A stretch of 64,000 bases of DNA from contig OZ024751.1 in the NCBI GenBank assembly GCA_964016885.1, positions 51,708,001 to 51,772,000 of the forward strand. The letters are read 5' to 3'. Made by a program: the position numbers and the translations under genes. This document shows, one piece after another, positions 1-15,038 of the stretch; position 1 is the first letter of the stretch, and each line of letters starts with the position of its first letter. Under the pieces are notes generated by a model. That model was not told the origin of the DNA. It made no database searches and worked only from the letters and a program-made list of their open reading frames with translations. This stretch comes from Eledone cirrhosa. Lineage: Eukaryota.

Positions 1-3000
1 GGTCTTAACTGCTTTTATCGTTATTAGTAAGACCTACACCAGACTTCCTTGGTCTTAACTGCTTTTATCGTTATTACTAAGACCTACACCAGACTTCCTT
101 GGTCTTAACTGCTGTTATCGTTATTACTAAGACCTACACCAGACTTCCTTGGTCTTAACTGCTGTTATCGTTATTACTAAGACCTACACCAGACTTCCTT
201 CGTCTTAACTGCTTTTATCGTTATTACTAAGACCTACACCAGACTTCCTTGGTCTTAACTGCTTTTATCGTTATTACTAAGACCTACACCTGACTTTCTT
301 GGTCTTAACTGCTTTTATCGTTATTACTAAGACCTACACCTGACTATCTTGGTCTTAACTGCTGTTATCGTTATTACTAAGACCTACACCAGACTTCCTT
401 GCTCTTAACTGCTGTTATCGTTATTACTAAGACCTACACCTGACTATCTTAGTCTTAACTGCTGTTGTCGTTATTACTAAGACCTACACCTGACTATCTT
501 GGTCTTAACTGCAGTTATCGTTATTACTAAGACCTACACCTGACTTCCTTGGTCTTAACTGCTGTTATCGTTATTACTAAGGCCTACACCTGACTTCCTT
601 AGTCTTAACTGCTTTTATCGTTATTACTAAGACCTACACCAGACTTCTTTGGTCTTAACTGCTGTTATCGTTATTACTAAGACCTACACCAGACTTCCTT
701 GGTCTTAACTGCTTTTATCGTTATTACTAAGACCTACACCTGACTATCTTAGTCTTAACTGCTGTTATCGTTATTACTAAGAGCTACACCTGACTATCTT
801 GGTCTTAACTGCTGTTATCGTTATTACTAAGACCTACACCTGACTATCTTGGTCTTAACTGCTGTTATCGTTATTACTAAGACCTACACCTGACTTCCTT
901 GGTCTTAACTGCTTTTATCGTTATTACTAAGACCTACACCTGACTATCTTGGTCTTAACTGCTTTTATCGTTATTACTAAGACCTACACCAGACTTCCTT
1001 GGTCTTAACTGCTTTTATCGTTATTACTAAGACCTACACCAGACTTCCTTGGTCTTAACTGCTTTTATCGTTATTACTAAGACCTACACCAGACTTCCTT
1101 GGTCTTAACTTCTGTTATCGTTATTACTAAGACCTACACCAGACTTCCTTGGTCTTAACTGCTTTTATCGCTATTACTAAGACCTACACCAGACTTCCTT
1201 GGTCTTAACTGCTTTTATCGTTATTACTAAGACCTACACCAGACTTCCTTGGTCTTAACTGCTTTTATCGTTATTACTAAGACCTACACCTGACTATCTT
1301 GGTCTTAACTGCTGTTATCGTTATTACTAAGACCTACACCTGACTATCTTGGTCTTAACTGCTGTTATCGTTATTACTAAGACCTACACCTGACTATCTT
1401 GGTCTTAACTGCTGTTATCGTTATTATTAAGACCTACATCTGACTTCCTTGGTCTTAACTGCTTTTATCGTTATTACTAAGACCTACACCAGGCTTCCTT
1501 GGTCTTAACTGCTCTTATCGTTATTACTAAGACCTACACCAGACTTCCTTGGTCTTAACTGCTGTTATCGTTATTACTAAGACCTACACCTGACTTCCTT
1601 GGTCTTAACTGCTTTTATCGTTATTACTAAGACCTACACCAGACTTCCTTGGTCTTAACTGCTTTTATCGTTATTACTAAGACCTACACCAGACTTCCTT
1701 GGTCTTAACTGCTTTTATCGTTATTACTAAGACCTACACCAGACTTCCTTGGTCTTAACTGCTTTTATCGTTATTACTAAGACCTACACCAGACTTCCTT
1801 GGTCTTAACTGCTGTTATCGTTATTACTAAGACCTACACCAGACTTCCTTGGTCTTAACTGCTGTTATCGTTATTACTAAGACCTACACCTGACTATCTT
1901 AGTCTTAACTGCTGTTATCGTTATTACTAAGAGCTACACCTGACTATCTTGGTCTTAACTGCTGTTATCGTTATTACTAAGACCTACACCTGACTATCTT
2001 GGTCTTAACTGCTGTTATCGTTATTACTAAGACCTACACCTGACTTCCTTGGTCTTAACTGCTTTTATCGTTATTACTAAAACCTACACCAGACTTCCTT
2101 GGTCTTAACTGCTTTTATCGTTATTACTAAGACCTACACCAGACTTCCTTGGTCTTAACTGCTTTTATCGTTATTACTAAGACCTACACCAGACTTCCTT
2201 GGTCTTAACTGCTATTATCGTTATTACTAAGACCTACACCAGACTTCCTTGGTCTTAACTGCTGTTATCGTTATTACTAAGACCTACACCAGACTTCCTT
2301 GGTCTTAACTGCTTTTATCGTTATTACTAAGACCTACACCAGACTTCCTTGGTCTTAACTGCTTTTATCGTTATTACTAAGACCTACACCTGACTATCTT
2401 GGTCTTAACTGCTGTTATCGTTATTACTAAGACCTACACCAGACTTCCTTGGTCTTAACTGCTGTTATCGTTATTACTAAGACCTACACCAGACTTCCTT
2501 GGTCTTAACTGCTGTTATCGTTATTACTAAGACCTACACCAGACTTCCTTGGTCTTAACTGCTGTTATCGTTATTACTAAGACCTACACCAGACTTCCTT
2601 GGTCTTAACTGCTGTTATCGTTATTACTAAGACCTACACCTGACTATCTTGGTCTTAACTGCTGTTATCGTTATTACTAAGACCTACACCAGACTTACTT
2701 AGTCTTAACTGCTTTTATCGTTATTACTAAGACCTACACCTGACTATCTTGGTCTTAACTGCTGTTATCGTTATTACTAAGACCTACACCTGACTATCTT
2801 GGTCTTAACTGCTGTTATCGTTATTACTAAGACCTACACCTGACTATCTTGGTTTTAACTGCAGTTATCGTTATTACTAAGACCTACGCCTGACTTCCTT
2901 GGTCTTAACTGCTGTTATCGTTATTACTAAGGCCTACACCTGACTTCCTTAGTCTTAACTGCTTTTATCGTTATTACTAAGACCTACACCAGACTTCTTT

Positions 3001-6000
3001 GGTCTTAACTGCTGTTATCGTTATTACTAAGACCTACACCAGACTTCCTTGGTCTTAACTGCTGTTATCGTTATTACTAAGACCTACACCTGACTATCTT
3101 AGTCTTAACTGCTGTTATCGTTATTACTAAGAGCTACACCTGACTATCTTGGTCTTAACTGCTGTTATCGTTATTACTAAGACCTACACCTGACTATCTT
3201 GGTCTTAACTGCTGTTATCGTTATTACTAAGACCTACACCTGACTTCCTTGGTCTTAACTGCTTTTATCGTTATTACTAAGACCTACACCTGACTATCTT
3301 GGTCTTAACTGCTTTTATCGTTATTACTAAGACCTACACCAGACTTCCTTGGTCTTAACTGCTTTTATCGTTATTACTAAGACCTACACCAGACTTCCTT
3401 GGTCTTAACTGCTTTTATCGTTATTACTAAGACCTACACCAGACTTCCTTGGTCTTAACTTCTGTTATCGTTATTACTAAGACCTACACCAGACTTCCTT
3501 GGTCTTAACTGCTTTTATCGCTATTACTAAGACCTACACCAGACTTCCTTGGTCTTAACTGCTTTTATCGTTATTACTAAGACCTACACCAGACTTCCTT
3601 GGTCTTAACTGCTTTTATCGTTATTACTGAGACCTACACCTGACTATCTTGGTCTTAACTGCTGTTATCGTTATTACTAAGACCTACACCTGACTATCTT
3701 GGTCTTAACTGCTGTTATCGTTATTACTAAGACCTACACCTGACTATCTTGGTCTTAACTGCTGTTATCGTTATTATTAAGACCTACATCTGACTTCCTT
3801 GGTCTTAACTGCTTTTATCGTTATTACTAAGACCTACACCAGGCTTCCTTGGTCTTAACTGCTGTTATCGTTATTACTAAGACCTACACCAGACTTCCTT
3901 GGTCTTAACTGCTGTTATCGTTATTACTAAGACCTACACCTGACTTCCTTGGTCTTAACTGCTTTTATCGTTATTACTAAGACCTACACCAGATTTCCTT
4001 GGTCTTAACTGCTTTTATCGTTATTACTAAGACCTACACCAGACTTCCTTGGTCTTAACTGCTTTTATCGTTATTACTAAGACCTACACCAGACTTCCTT
4101 GGTCTTAACTGCTTTTATCGTTATTACTAAGACCTACACCAGACTTCCTTGGTCTTAACTGCTTTTATCGTTATTACTAAGACCTACACCAGACTTCCTT
4201 GGTCTTAACTGCTGTTATCGTTATTACTAAGACCTACACCAGACTTCCTTGGTCTTAACTGCTGTTATCGTTATTACTAAGACCTACACCTGACTATCTT
4301 AGTCTTAACTGCTGTTATCGTTATTACTAAGAGCTACACCTGACTATCTTGGTCTTAACTGCTGTTATCGTTATTACTAAGACCTACACCTGACTATCTT
4401 GGTCTTAACTGCTGTTATCGTTATTACTAAGACCTACACCTGACTTCCTTGGTCTTAACTGCTTTTATCGTTATTACTAAAACCTACACCAGACTTCCTT
4501 GGTCTTAACTGCTTTTATCGTTATTACTAAGACCTACACCAGACTTCCTTGGTCTTAACTGCTTTTATCGTTATTACTAAGACCTACACCAGACTTCCTT
4601 GGTCTTAACTGCTGTTATCGTTATTACTAAGACCTACACCAGACTTCCTTGGTCTTAACTGCTGTTATCGTTATTACTAAGACCTACACCAGACTTCCTT
4701 GGTCTTAACTGCTTTTATCGTTATTACTAAGACCTACACCAGACTTCCTTGGTCTTAACTGCTTTTATCGTTATTACTAAAACCTACACCTGACTATCTT
4801 GGTCTTAACTGCTGTTATCGTTATTACTAAGACCTACACCAGACTTCCTTGGTCTTAACTGCTGTTATCGTTATTACTAAGACCTACACCAGACTTCCTT
4901 GGTCTTAACTGCTGTTATCGTTATTACTAAGACCTACACCAGACTTGCTTGGTCTTAACTGCTGTTATCGTTATTACTAAGACCTACACCAGACTTCCTT
5001 GGTCTTAACTGCTGTTATCGTTATTACTAAGACCTACACCTGACTATCTTGGTCTTAACTGCTGTTATCGTTATTACTAAGACCTACACCAGACTTACTT
5101 AGTCTTAACTGCTTTTATCGTTATTACTAAGACCTACACCTGACTATCTTGGTCTTAACTGCTGCTACCATTATTGCTAAGACCTACTCCTGACGTACTT
5201 GGTCATAACTGCTGTTATCGTTATTGCTGAGACCTACTCCTGACGTACTTGGTCATAACTGCTGTTATCGTTATTACTAAGACCTACACCAGACTTCCTT
5301 GATCTTAACTGCTGTTATCGTTATTACTAAGACCTACACCAGACTTACTTAGTCTTAACTGCTTTTATCGTTATTACTAAGAGCTACACCTGACTATCTT
5401 GGTCTTAACTGCTGTTATCGTTATTACTAAGACCTACACCTGACTATCTTGGTCTTAACTGCTGTTATCGTTATTACTAAGACCTACACCTGACTTCATT
5501 GGTCTTAACTGCTTTTATCGTTATTACTAAAACCTACACCAGACTTCCTTGGTCTTAACTGCTTTTATCGTTATTACTAAGACCTACACCAGACTTCCTT
5601 GGTCTTAACTGCTTTTATCGTTATTACTAAGACCTACACCAGACTTCCTTGGTCTTAACTGCTGTTATCGTTATTACTAAGACCTACACCAGACTTCCTT
5701 GGTCTTAACTGCTGTTATCTTTATTACTAAGACCTACACCAGACTTCCTTGGTCTTAACTGCTTTTATCGTTATTACTAAGACCTACACCAGACTTCCTT
5801 GGTCTTAACTGCTTTTATCGTTATTACTAAGACCTACACCTGACTATCTTGGTCTTAACTGCTGTTATCGTTATTACTAAGACCTACACCAGACTTCCTT
5901 GGTCTTAACTGCTGTTATCGTTATTACTAAGACCTACACCAGACTTCCTTGGTCTTAACTGCTGTTATCGTTATTACTAAGACCTACACCAGACTTCCTT

Positions 6001-6500
6001 GGTCTTAACTGCTGTTATCGTTATTACTAAGACCTACACCTGACTTATTTAGTCTTAACTGCTTTTATCGTTATTACTAAGACCTACACCTGACTATCTT
6101 GGTCTTAACTGCTGTTATCGTTATTACTAAGACCTACACCTGACTATCTTGGTCTTAACTGCTGTTATCGTTATTACTAAGACCTACACCAGACTTCCTT
6201 GGTCTTAACTGCTTTTATCGTTATTACTAAGACCTACACCAGACTTCCTTGGTCTTAACTGCTGTTATCGTTATTACTAAGACCTACACCAGACTTCCTT
6301 GGTCTTAACTGCTGTTATCGTTATTACTAAGACCTACACCTGACTATCTTGGTCTTAACTGCTGCTACCATTATTGCTAAGACCTACTCCTGACGTACTT
6401 GGTCATAACTACTGTTATCGTTATTGCTGAGACCTACTCCTGACGTACTTGGTCATAACTGTTACTGTGTTTATTACTAAGGCCTACAGCTGACTTACTT
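1..6500. repeat. 50-bp tandem satellite (~130 monomers; GGTCTTAACTGC(T/G variant)TTATCGTTATTACTAAGACCTACACC(AGACTTC/TGACTAT)CTT), open at window start
   Basis: The 50-nt phase is kept over 6500 nt with substitutions only. Each monomer contains the inverted repeat GGTCTTA/TAAGACC. Confidence 0.98.
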
Positions 6501-6559
6501 ACTCAAGGCAACCAAGTGATGGATTGAGTCTACCACTTAAGAACAAGTACAACCCATCA

Positions 6560-6655
6560 CACGAGCTACAGCACAGTTTCCGTCAAATCCGAGACTGTGG
6601 TAGAAGTCCCATACCGAATATGCTGCCAAGTGAAATTTAACTGGAAAGCACGTTA
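6560..6655 (-). mobile_element. Degenerate SINE-like remnant abutting the satellite end
   Basis: CAGTTTCCGTC..AAATCC..GACTGTGGTAGAAG resembles, from memory, octopod tRNA-derived SINE sequence. Highly decayed. Confidence 0.35.
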
Positions 6656-6749
6656 TTATAGAGTGAGTTTCATAACCACACGTCTATGCCTGTATATATA
6701 CCAGTCCTTTTTTTTGTCTTCACAGCTATAATATAATATACATCGCAAT

Positions 6750-6763
6750 ACACACACACACAC

Positions 6764-6853
<90 letters not shown>
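6750..6853. repeat. (CA)n microsatellite
   Basis: Direct reading. Confidence 0.95.
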
Positions 6854-6855
<2 letters not shown>

Positions 6856-6997
6856 ACCTATTGTTTATGAAACAATTATAACCAGGATTGATCAATAAAT
6901 TTCTTTGTTCTTATTATATACACCCTACCTATAGTATTGAATGCGGACTTTGGTACCCTCGCCAGTTTTCTACACATTTACTGAACCTTCCCTACAT

Positions 6998-7088
<91 letters not shown>

Positions 7089-7214
7089 CATTTTTTCCGT
7101 TTATCGTTTTCGGTGCGCCCGGCCGATTAACTCACTCGATATGCAAATTAGGCTGCTCAGCCGTTAATATGCATAAGGAAAGTATATACTTCAGACGTTC
7201 AACCATCTGGCAGG

Positions 7215-7269
7215 AAGGTATACGTTGCTGACGAGAGCTAATAAGCTTGAAACTAGTACACCGTTCCTT
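7215..7269 (+). ncRNA. Minimal type-I hammerhead ribozyme
   Basis: Stem I AAGGTATACGTTG / CACCGTTCCTT (imperfect); core CTGACGA 7228-7234; stem II GAGC-TAATAA-GCTT; GAAA 7249-7252; palindromic stem III CTAG; GUA cleavage triplet ending 7258. Confidence 0.85.
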
Positions 7270-7471
7270 TGTCAGTGTTGAAAAAGTGAGCAACGATGGT
7301 TGCTAGACACTGTACGGCTTAATTCGGGATGTTTGTTTACAAACACACCGAGCATTATAATAAATGTTCGATGAATCCATACGTACATATATATATATGT
7401 GTGCATGTATGTATATATATATACATACTACTGTACGTCTGTATACATATATGTACGTACGTATACATACT

Positions 7472-7594
<123 letters not shown>

Positions 7595-7640
7595 TAAAGT
7601 ATAGAAATTGTTGTGAGCGTGAAGCCAACAGCATTTCATA

Positions 7641-7680
<40 letters not shown>

Positions 7681-7683
<3 letters not shown>

Positions 7684-7880
7684 GTAGGAGGTGAGTTTTA
7701 TTGTAGTACAATAAAGCAATGCAGATATCGGATAAGAAGCACTCTACAGTTTGTAGGACTGGAGTATACATAATATATAAGAACAAAAGATGGTTAAAAG
7801 AGTTCCATGTATTTTATTATGCGCATTTCAATAAAATGCGCATAATAAAATACATGGAACTCTTTTAACCATCTTTTGTT

Positions 7881-7888
<8 letters not shown>
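7681..7888. mobile_element. Truncated PLE-terminal-repeat-like cassette with fold-back end (same family as 14607-14980)
   Basis: Near-identical to 14607-14754. Inverted repeat AAGAACAAAAGATGG...TGCGCAT / ATGCGCA...CCATCTTTTGTTCTT. Flanked by (TA)n. Only the 3' half of the hammerhead remains. Confidence 0.7.
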
Positions 7889-7934
<46 letters not shown>

Positions 7935-7937
<3 letters not shown>

Positions 7938-8150
7938 CAAAGAAGGTGTGGTAAGATACTATGTGGACCATAACGCAGCAGAGTACTAAATACTTAGGGT
8001 AGTAGAGTGGGTAATAGGAAAAGAGTCAGGACCCCAACGGCTGAGCTCCGGTCGTTTATTTAGACAGCTAGATCCGAACTAATTGTCGAATCTAACAGTC
8101 GAAACGGCCAGAGCTCAGCCGTCGGGGTCCTGCTTCTTTTCGTATTTATA
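7935..8150. mobile_element. Short fold-back cassette in (TA)n
   Basis: Inverted repeat CAGGACCCCAACGGCTGAGCTC / GAGCTCAGCCGTCGGGGTCCTG. A related stretch occurs at ~18077-18095. Confidence 0.5.
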
Positions 8151-8220
8151 TATATACATAGTTATGTAATAAACAACATAAGATAATTATTTCATTTACC
8201 AGTGGTTTCTTATAATATCC

Positions 8221-8292
8221 ATATTATTTTTCTGATGAATGAAGACAGACATAAATATCTGTCTTCAAGAAACCACTGGTAAATGAAATAAT
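8221..8292 (+). ncRNA. Type-I hammerhead ribozyme within fold-back cassette 8160-8319
   Basis: CTGATGA 8232-8238; stem II GAAGACAGA/TCTGTCTTC; GAAA 8269-8272; stem III ACC-ACT-GGT; GUA site; stem I ATTATTTTT / AA(TG)AAATAAT. Confidence 0.8.
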
Positions 8293-8380
8293 TATCTGAT
8301 GTTGTTTATTACATAACTAAAAAGCTCTGTAGCCTATATAGAGTACTCTATTTTCCTTTACTACGGAATTACTTCATTTT

Positions 8381-11074
<2,694 letters not shown>

Positions 11075-11149
11075 ATGGATGCATGTGTTGAAAACTAAAT
11101 AACGACAACATTAATATATTGTGTGTATTTAAAGAGTTTCCTTTATATG

Positions 11150-11600
11150 ACAGTTCACTTTGGAATCATGAGATCCCGGGTTCGGTTCCACTGTGTGGCA
11201 TATTGAACAATTATCTTTACAATTTCAAAAGATTTTAACACTACAGATAGTACCTATAATGGTCAGGTCTTGTCACATATTGTGCCACGCTGAGCAAATT
11301 TAGGAATTACGTTAAGGATATGGGTTTCTGCGGAATACTCAGCCACTTCATATTTCGACGGTTCTGGTCATTAATTTCTTACAATAATAACTATAATGAT
11401 TTCTACTTTAGACACAAGGCCAATAACTTGGGGGAAGGGAAATTTGAATAAATCTACCCCAGTACTTGACTAGTACTTTATTTTATTGACCTCAGAAGGT
11501 TGAAAGGTAAAGTTGGGCTCGGCATGATTTGAACTCAGGAAGTAATGAGCATTTGTCCGATGTCATAATGCCACAGCTAATCCACACTCTTGTCCGCCCT
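11150..11600. mobile_element. Two degenerate SINE fragments in opposite orientation
   Basis: B-box-like GGTTCGGTTCC at ~11180. Reverse-oriented motif TTTATTGACC..GAAGG..GAAAGGTAAAGT..GATTTGAACTCAG at ~11480-11540, also present at 22440-22580, 31820 and 33490. Confidence 0.55.
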
Positions 11601-11673
11601 TTAAATAATAACTATAATAATAAATTACTACTGAGATAAACCTAGTGATAGCAACATTTCCATTGGAAGCTTC

Positions 11674-14031
11674 TTAATAAATGGCAATTGGAATTTGAAT
11701 ATTTTCAAAAAAATATGTAGGATCTAGATCGTTTAACACACTTAACGGAATGGCTGGCGTCCTGGTGAATTTATTAAGAGCTTCATTTAAGTTGATCTGA
11801 AAATTGTCTAGTTTATTTTTTGAGGTTTGCACAATTTCTTCGAATGCTCCATACTTAAATTTTCTATATATATGTAATCGTTTTTCTGTATCCTCTTGTG
11901 AATTTAATGTTTCATTCGTTAGAACAGCCTTCATAGCTTGAAAAGTGAGATTCTGATCCTGTGCATTTTCGAATTCAGCATCAATATATTGAAAAGTGAA
12001 TAGATCATCTACTGTACTCTTGCAATATTCAAGTGATATATTGCTATCTAATCTTATAGATTCTGTCTCTATGGTGATACTGCTAGCATCCTGAAGATGT
12101 TCATAGATCTCCTTCCGAGAAAACAGCCAACTGCTGTCTATGTTGAAATCAACTGGATAAATCTTTTCCATACTTTTGTTGTTGAAAACAAATTTGGGTA
12201 GTAAATACTCAGCTGCATGCTTTCTTTTTTCAATCACTTGAACTATATGATCTGATATACCCACAATAGGAAATAACTTACTCAATAGGTTTAAATAAGC
12301 TGCTATTAGACTGTGTATGGCGAATACGTTTTCTTTAGAGAGATTGTTGCTTAAGCCTACCATATCTTGTATGTCAAGTGCCAACCTGTAGAGATCAACG
12401 ATGATATCTTTACTTCCATATTCGGAAGCAATTAAAGCCATCGTACAATAAATCGCCTCGAAATTTTCTATACCATTGGTTTCCATTTCCATATTTTCAT
12501 AAATGTGCTGATAAAAAATATATCCATTTCTCTTCATAAACATTATGTCCGGTTTGGATGTTATTTCTAATGTCATATGAGAAAGTTTTTCCATCAGACG
12601 AATGGTGCTTAGTGTATTTTTATGGCCATGTTTGTCTAAAAGATCATGCAAAATTTGTTCAACTCTTATTCTGAAACAAGAATCCTTGTTTTGCGACATT
12701 TTTAATAAAAGTAAGAGAAACTCTGGAGGAAACGCATTTATTCCGACAGAAAAGCGTAATTTGGGGGAAATTGTGTGCAGAATTTTCAGCAGCATTTTCT
12801 CTAACTTGCTGTTAATTTGAGAAGTTTCCAAAGTTTCATTGGTTTCCTTTTGTGGGAATTTTTCCACTAGAAACATCATAGCATCGATCTTCTGATAAGA
12901 CGATAGTCTGTTTGCAATTTCACTAATCGTTTTGATGGTAGTATTTTGGAATGTTTCCTCTAATTCTCTGAATTTCCAATCTTCATAACTCGATTGAATA
13001 GAGATTCTTAAATGTTTCAGTAGGGAATCAAAAACCTCAAGCATCGTTGGAAAGACGCAAGCTTCCGATGCAATCAATACATTCTTATAAATGACAGCGA
13101 TAATGTTTGTTCTAATAGCAGGGTAACTTTTTAAATAGTTATCCATATGATAGACCAGCATCTGGAGAACTAAGTAACTGTATTTTATTTGAATCGAATT
13201 CATTATAACTTGAAAAGCTTTTATCGCAAAATCATTTGGCTCCCAAAGTTGATGGTAATCAAAATGAACTAAAACAGGTTTCAGTATTGATTTGATTGAA
13301 CCAAATGTAGCATTGAACACGAGATCACAGAATATCTTTTGTGCAGAAACAGAAAGAGAATCATCTTCCGAATGGCTGTATCCTTGTATTTGTGATGAGG
13401 GATCATTCATGTTGTAAAGCAAGGAAGATACTATGTTTTCCATCTTTTCATTTTCAAAAATAACCACTTTCTGTTCATCATTAATAGCTTTACGTATTAT
13501 TCCTTGAATACCTCGCAAGCCTGTTATTCGCATTCGATATTTGGTTAGTTCCGTTATACTATTGCAATAACACATATCTTTGAAGCGTAATACAAAAGCT
13601 TCGTACCATTCGTAATAGGTTTGTGCATCTTCCTCTAAAAAGGTAAACTTTATAAAATAATCTGTAGCCAAGACTTGTAGATCAATATTTTCGTTGTCAA
13701 GTAATTTCATAATAATATCTAAATAACTCGTTGCAAATAAATAGATACCCTGTGAACGACAAGCCAAAAGTAATTGGTACAAAGCTTCAATGCTTAGGAA
13801 AATATAATTAATTCTGTAATGCCGATACATATCTCTATTGATACGTTGTATTAAATTCTCAGAAATATTTTGGATTTTATCAGGTTTAGATAAAGCATAA
13901 CGTAATAGTTTGTCCATTTTGCATTTAATAAGACCAATTTCGGGGTCGTTTGGGAAGATTTTAGCTACTAACTTCTTATATCGTGGCTGTAGAGACATAC
14001 AGCACAGATAGTATAATCGTGCTCCAGTCAT
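11674..14031 (-). CDS. EFR3: EFR3 homolog (plasma-membrane anchor of the PI4KA-TTC7-FAM126 complex; rolling blackout/cmp44E family), 785 aa, intronless
   Basis: First ATG at 14031. N-terminus LCCMSLQPRYKKLVAKIFPNDPEIGL matches the EFR3 pattern CCxxLRPRYKRLVDNIFPEDP. EALYQLLLACRSQ and LQVLATDYFIKF..EED match. C-terminal LTFQAMKAVL..KFKYGAFEEIV and the terminal ..IAIY match the EFR3 tail. Uninterrupted frame. Confidence 0.93.
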   Translation of the reverse strand: MTGARLYYLCCMSLQPRYKKLVAKIFPNDPEIGLIKCKMDKLLRYALSKPDKIQNISENLIQRINRDMYRHYRINYIFLSIEALYQLLLACRSQGIYLFATSYLDIIMKLLDNENIDLQVLATDYFIKFTFLEEDAQTYYEWYEAFVLRFKDMCYCNSITELTKYRMRITGLRGIQGIIRKAINDEQKVVIFENEKMENIVSSLLYNMNDPSSQIQGYSHSEDDSLSVSAQKIFCDLVFNATFGSIKSILKPVLVHFDYHQLWEPNDFAIKAFQVIMNSIQIKYSYLVLQMLVYHMDNYLKSYPAIRTNIIAVIYKNVLIASEACVFPTMLEVFDSLLKHLRISIQSSYEDWKFRELEETFQNTTIKTISEIANRLSSYQKIDAMMFLVEKFPQKETNETLETSQINSKLEKMLLKILHTISPKLRFSVGINAFPPEFLLLLLKMSQNKDSCFRIRVEQILHDLLDKHGHKNTLSTIRLMEKLSHMTLEITSKPDIMFMKRNGYIFYQHIYENMEMETNGIENFEAIYCTMALIASEYGSKDIIVDLYRLALDIQDMVGLSNNLSKENVFAIHSLIAAYLNLLSKLFPIVGISDHIVQVIEKRKHAAEYLLPKFVFNNKSMEKIYPVDFNIDSSWLFSRKEIYEHLQDASSITIETESIRLDSNISLEYCKSTVDDLFTFQYIDAEFENAQDQNLTFQAMKAVLTNETLNSQEDTEKRLHIYRKFKYGAFEEIVQTSKNKLDNFQINLNEALNKFTRTPAIPLSVLNDLDPTYFFENIQIPIAIY

Positions 14032-14388
14032 TATCGATAATTTCAACTAACCTAAGGTATAAAAGAAAACAGTTTAGTTTATAAATTGGAAAGTTAATTA
14101 TTTGCTGTTTCTTTACAAAAAAAGACTTTATCAGATTTTCCTTCCTATTTTCACAGCATATCAAGAGAATATATGGTTTAACATAAAAAACACTATTTAA
14201 CTACACTGAAATGGGTGTCCATTCATGCATTACGAAACAGATTTAAGCACGAACATAATATACACGTACATAAACAATGCTATGGACGCGTCGCTAGAGG
14301 TCTTCAAATAGCGAGCTGGGTACTCTAATTCCTTAAATAAGTTTTTAACCACTTCCTTTGGTTAATATTTTATTTGTTTGTTTTTTTA

Positions 14389-14485
<97 letters not shown>

Positions 14486-14514
14486 TATGTATATATATAT
14501 ACAGTATATATATG

Positions 14515-14610
<96 letters not shown>

Positions 14611-14733
14611 GGAGGTGAGTTTTATTGTAGTACAATAAAGCAATGCAGATATCGAATAAGAAGCACTCTGCAGTTTGTAGGACTGGAGTATACATAATAT
14701 ATAAGATCAAAAGATGGTTAAATGAGTTCCATG

Positions 14734-14804
14734 TATTTTATTATGCGCATTTCAAAAACAAATATCATCATGCAATAACATTTGTGTTTTCATCAGATAA
14801 AATA
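14734..14804 (-). ncRNA. Type-I hammerhead ribozyme (minus-strand twin)
   Basis: Reverse complement reads TATTTTAT-CTGATGA-AAACACAAATGTTATTGCATGATGATATTTGTTTTT-GAAA-TGCGCA-TA-ATAAAATA. Confidence 0.85.
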
Positions 14805-14874
14805 GTAAGGCATGATATGAAGGTTAAAAACACTTGTGGATAGTGCAGTTTTAAATCAACATATGTTGATTTAC

Positions 14875-14945
14875 TATTTTATCTGATGAAAACACAAATG
14901 TTATGGCATGATGATATTTGTTTTTGAAATGCGCATAATAAAATA
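14875..14945 (+). ncRNA. Type-I hammerhead ribozyme (plus-strand twin)
   Basis: Perfect 8-bp stem I TATTTTAT/ATAAAATA; CTGATGA 14883-14889; long stem II; GAAA 14926-14929; palindromic stem III TGCGCA; AUA site ending 14937. Confidence 0.88.
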
Positions 14946-14982
14946 CATGGAACTCATTTAACCATCTTTTGATCTTATATAT

Positions 14983-15038
<56 letters not shown>

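Noticed and set aside
1-6500. CRISPR array or coding repeat
   Set aside because: There are no unique spacers or cas genes, the context is eukaryotic, and the ORF track shows no ORF here.
14032-14046. TTG start for EFR3 given by the ORF track
   Set aside because: Eukaryotic gene. The ATG at 14031 places the Cys cluster near the N-terminus, as in homologs.
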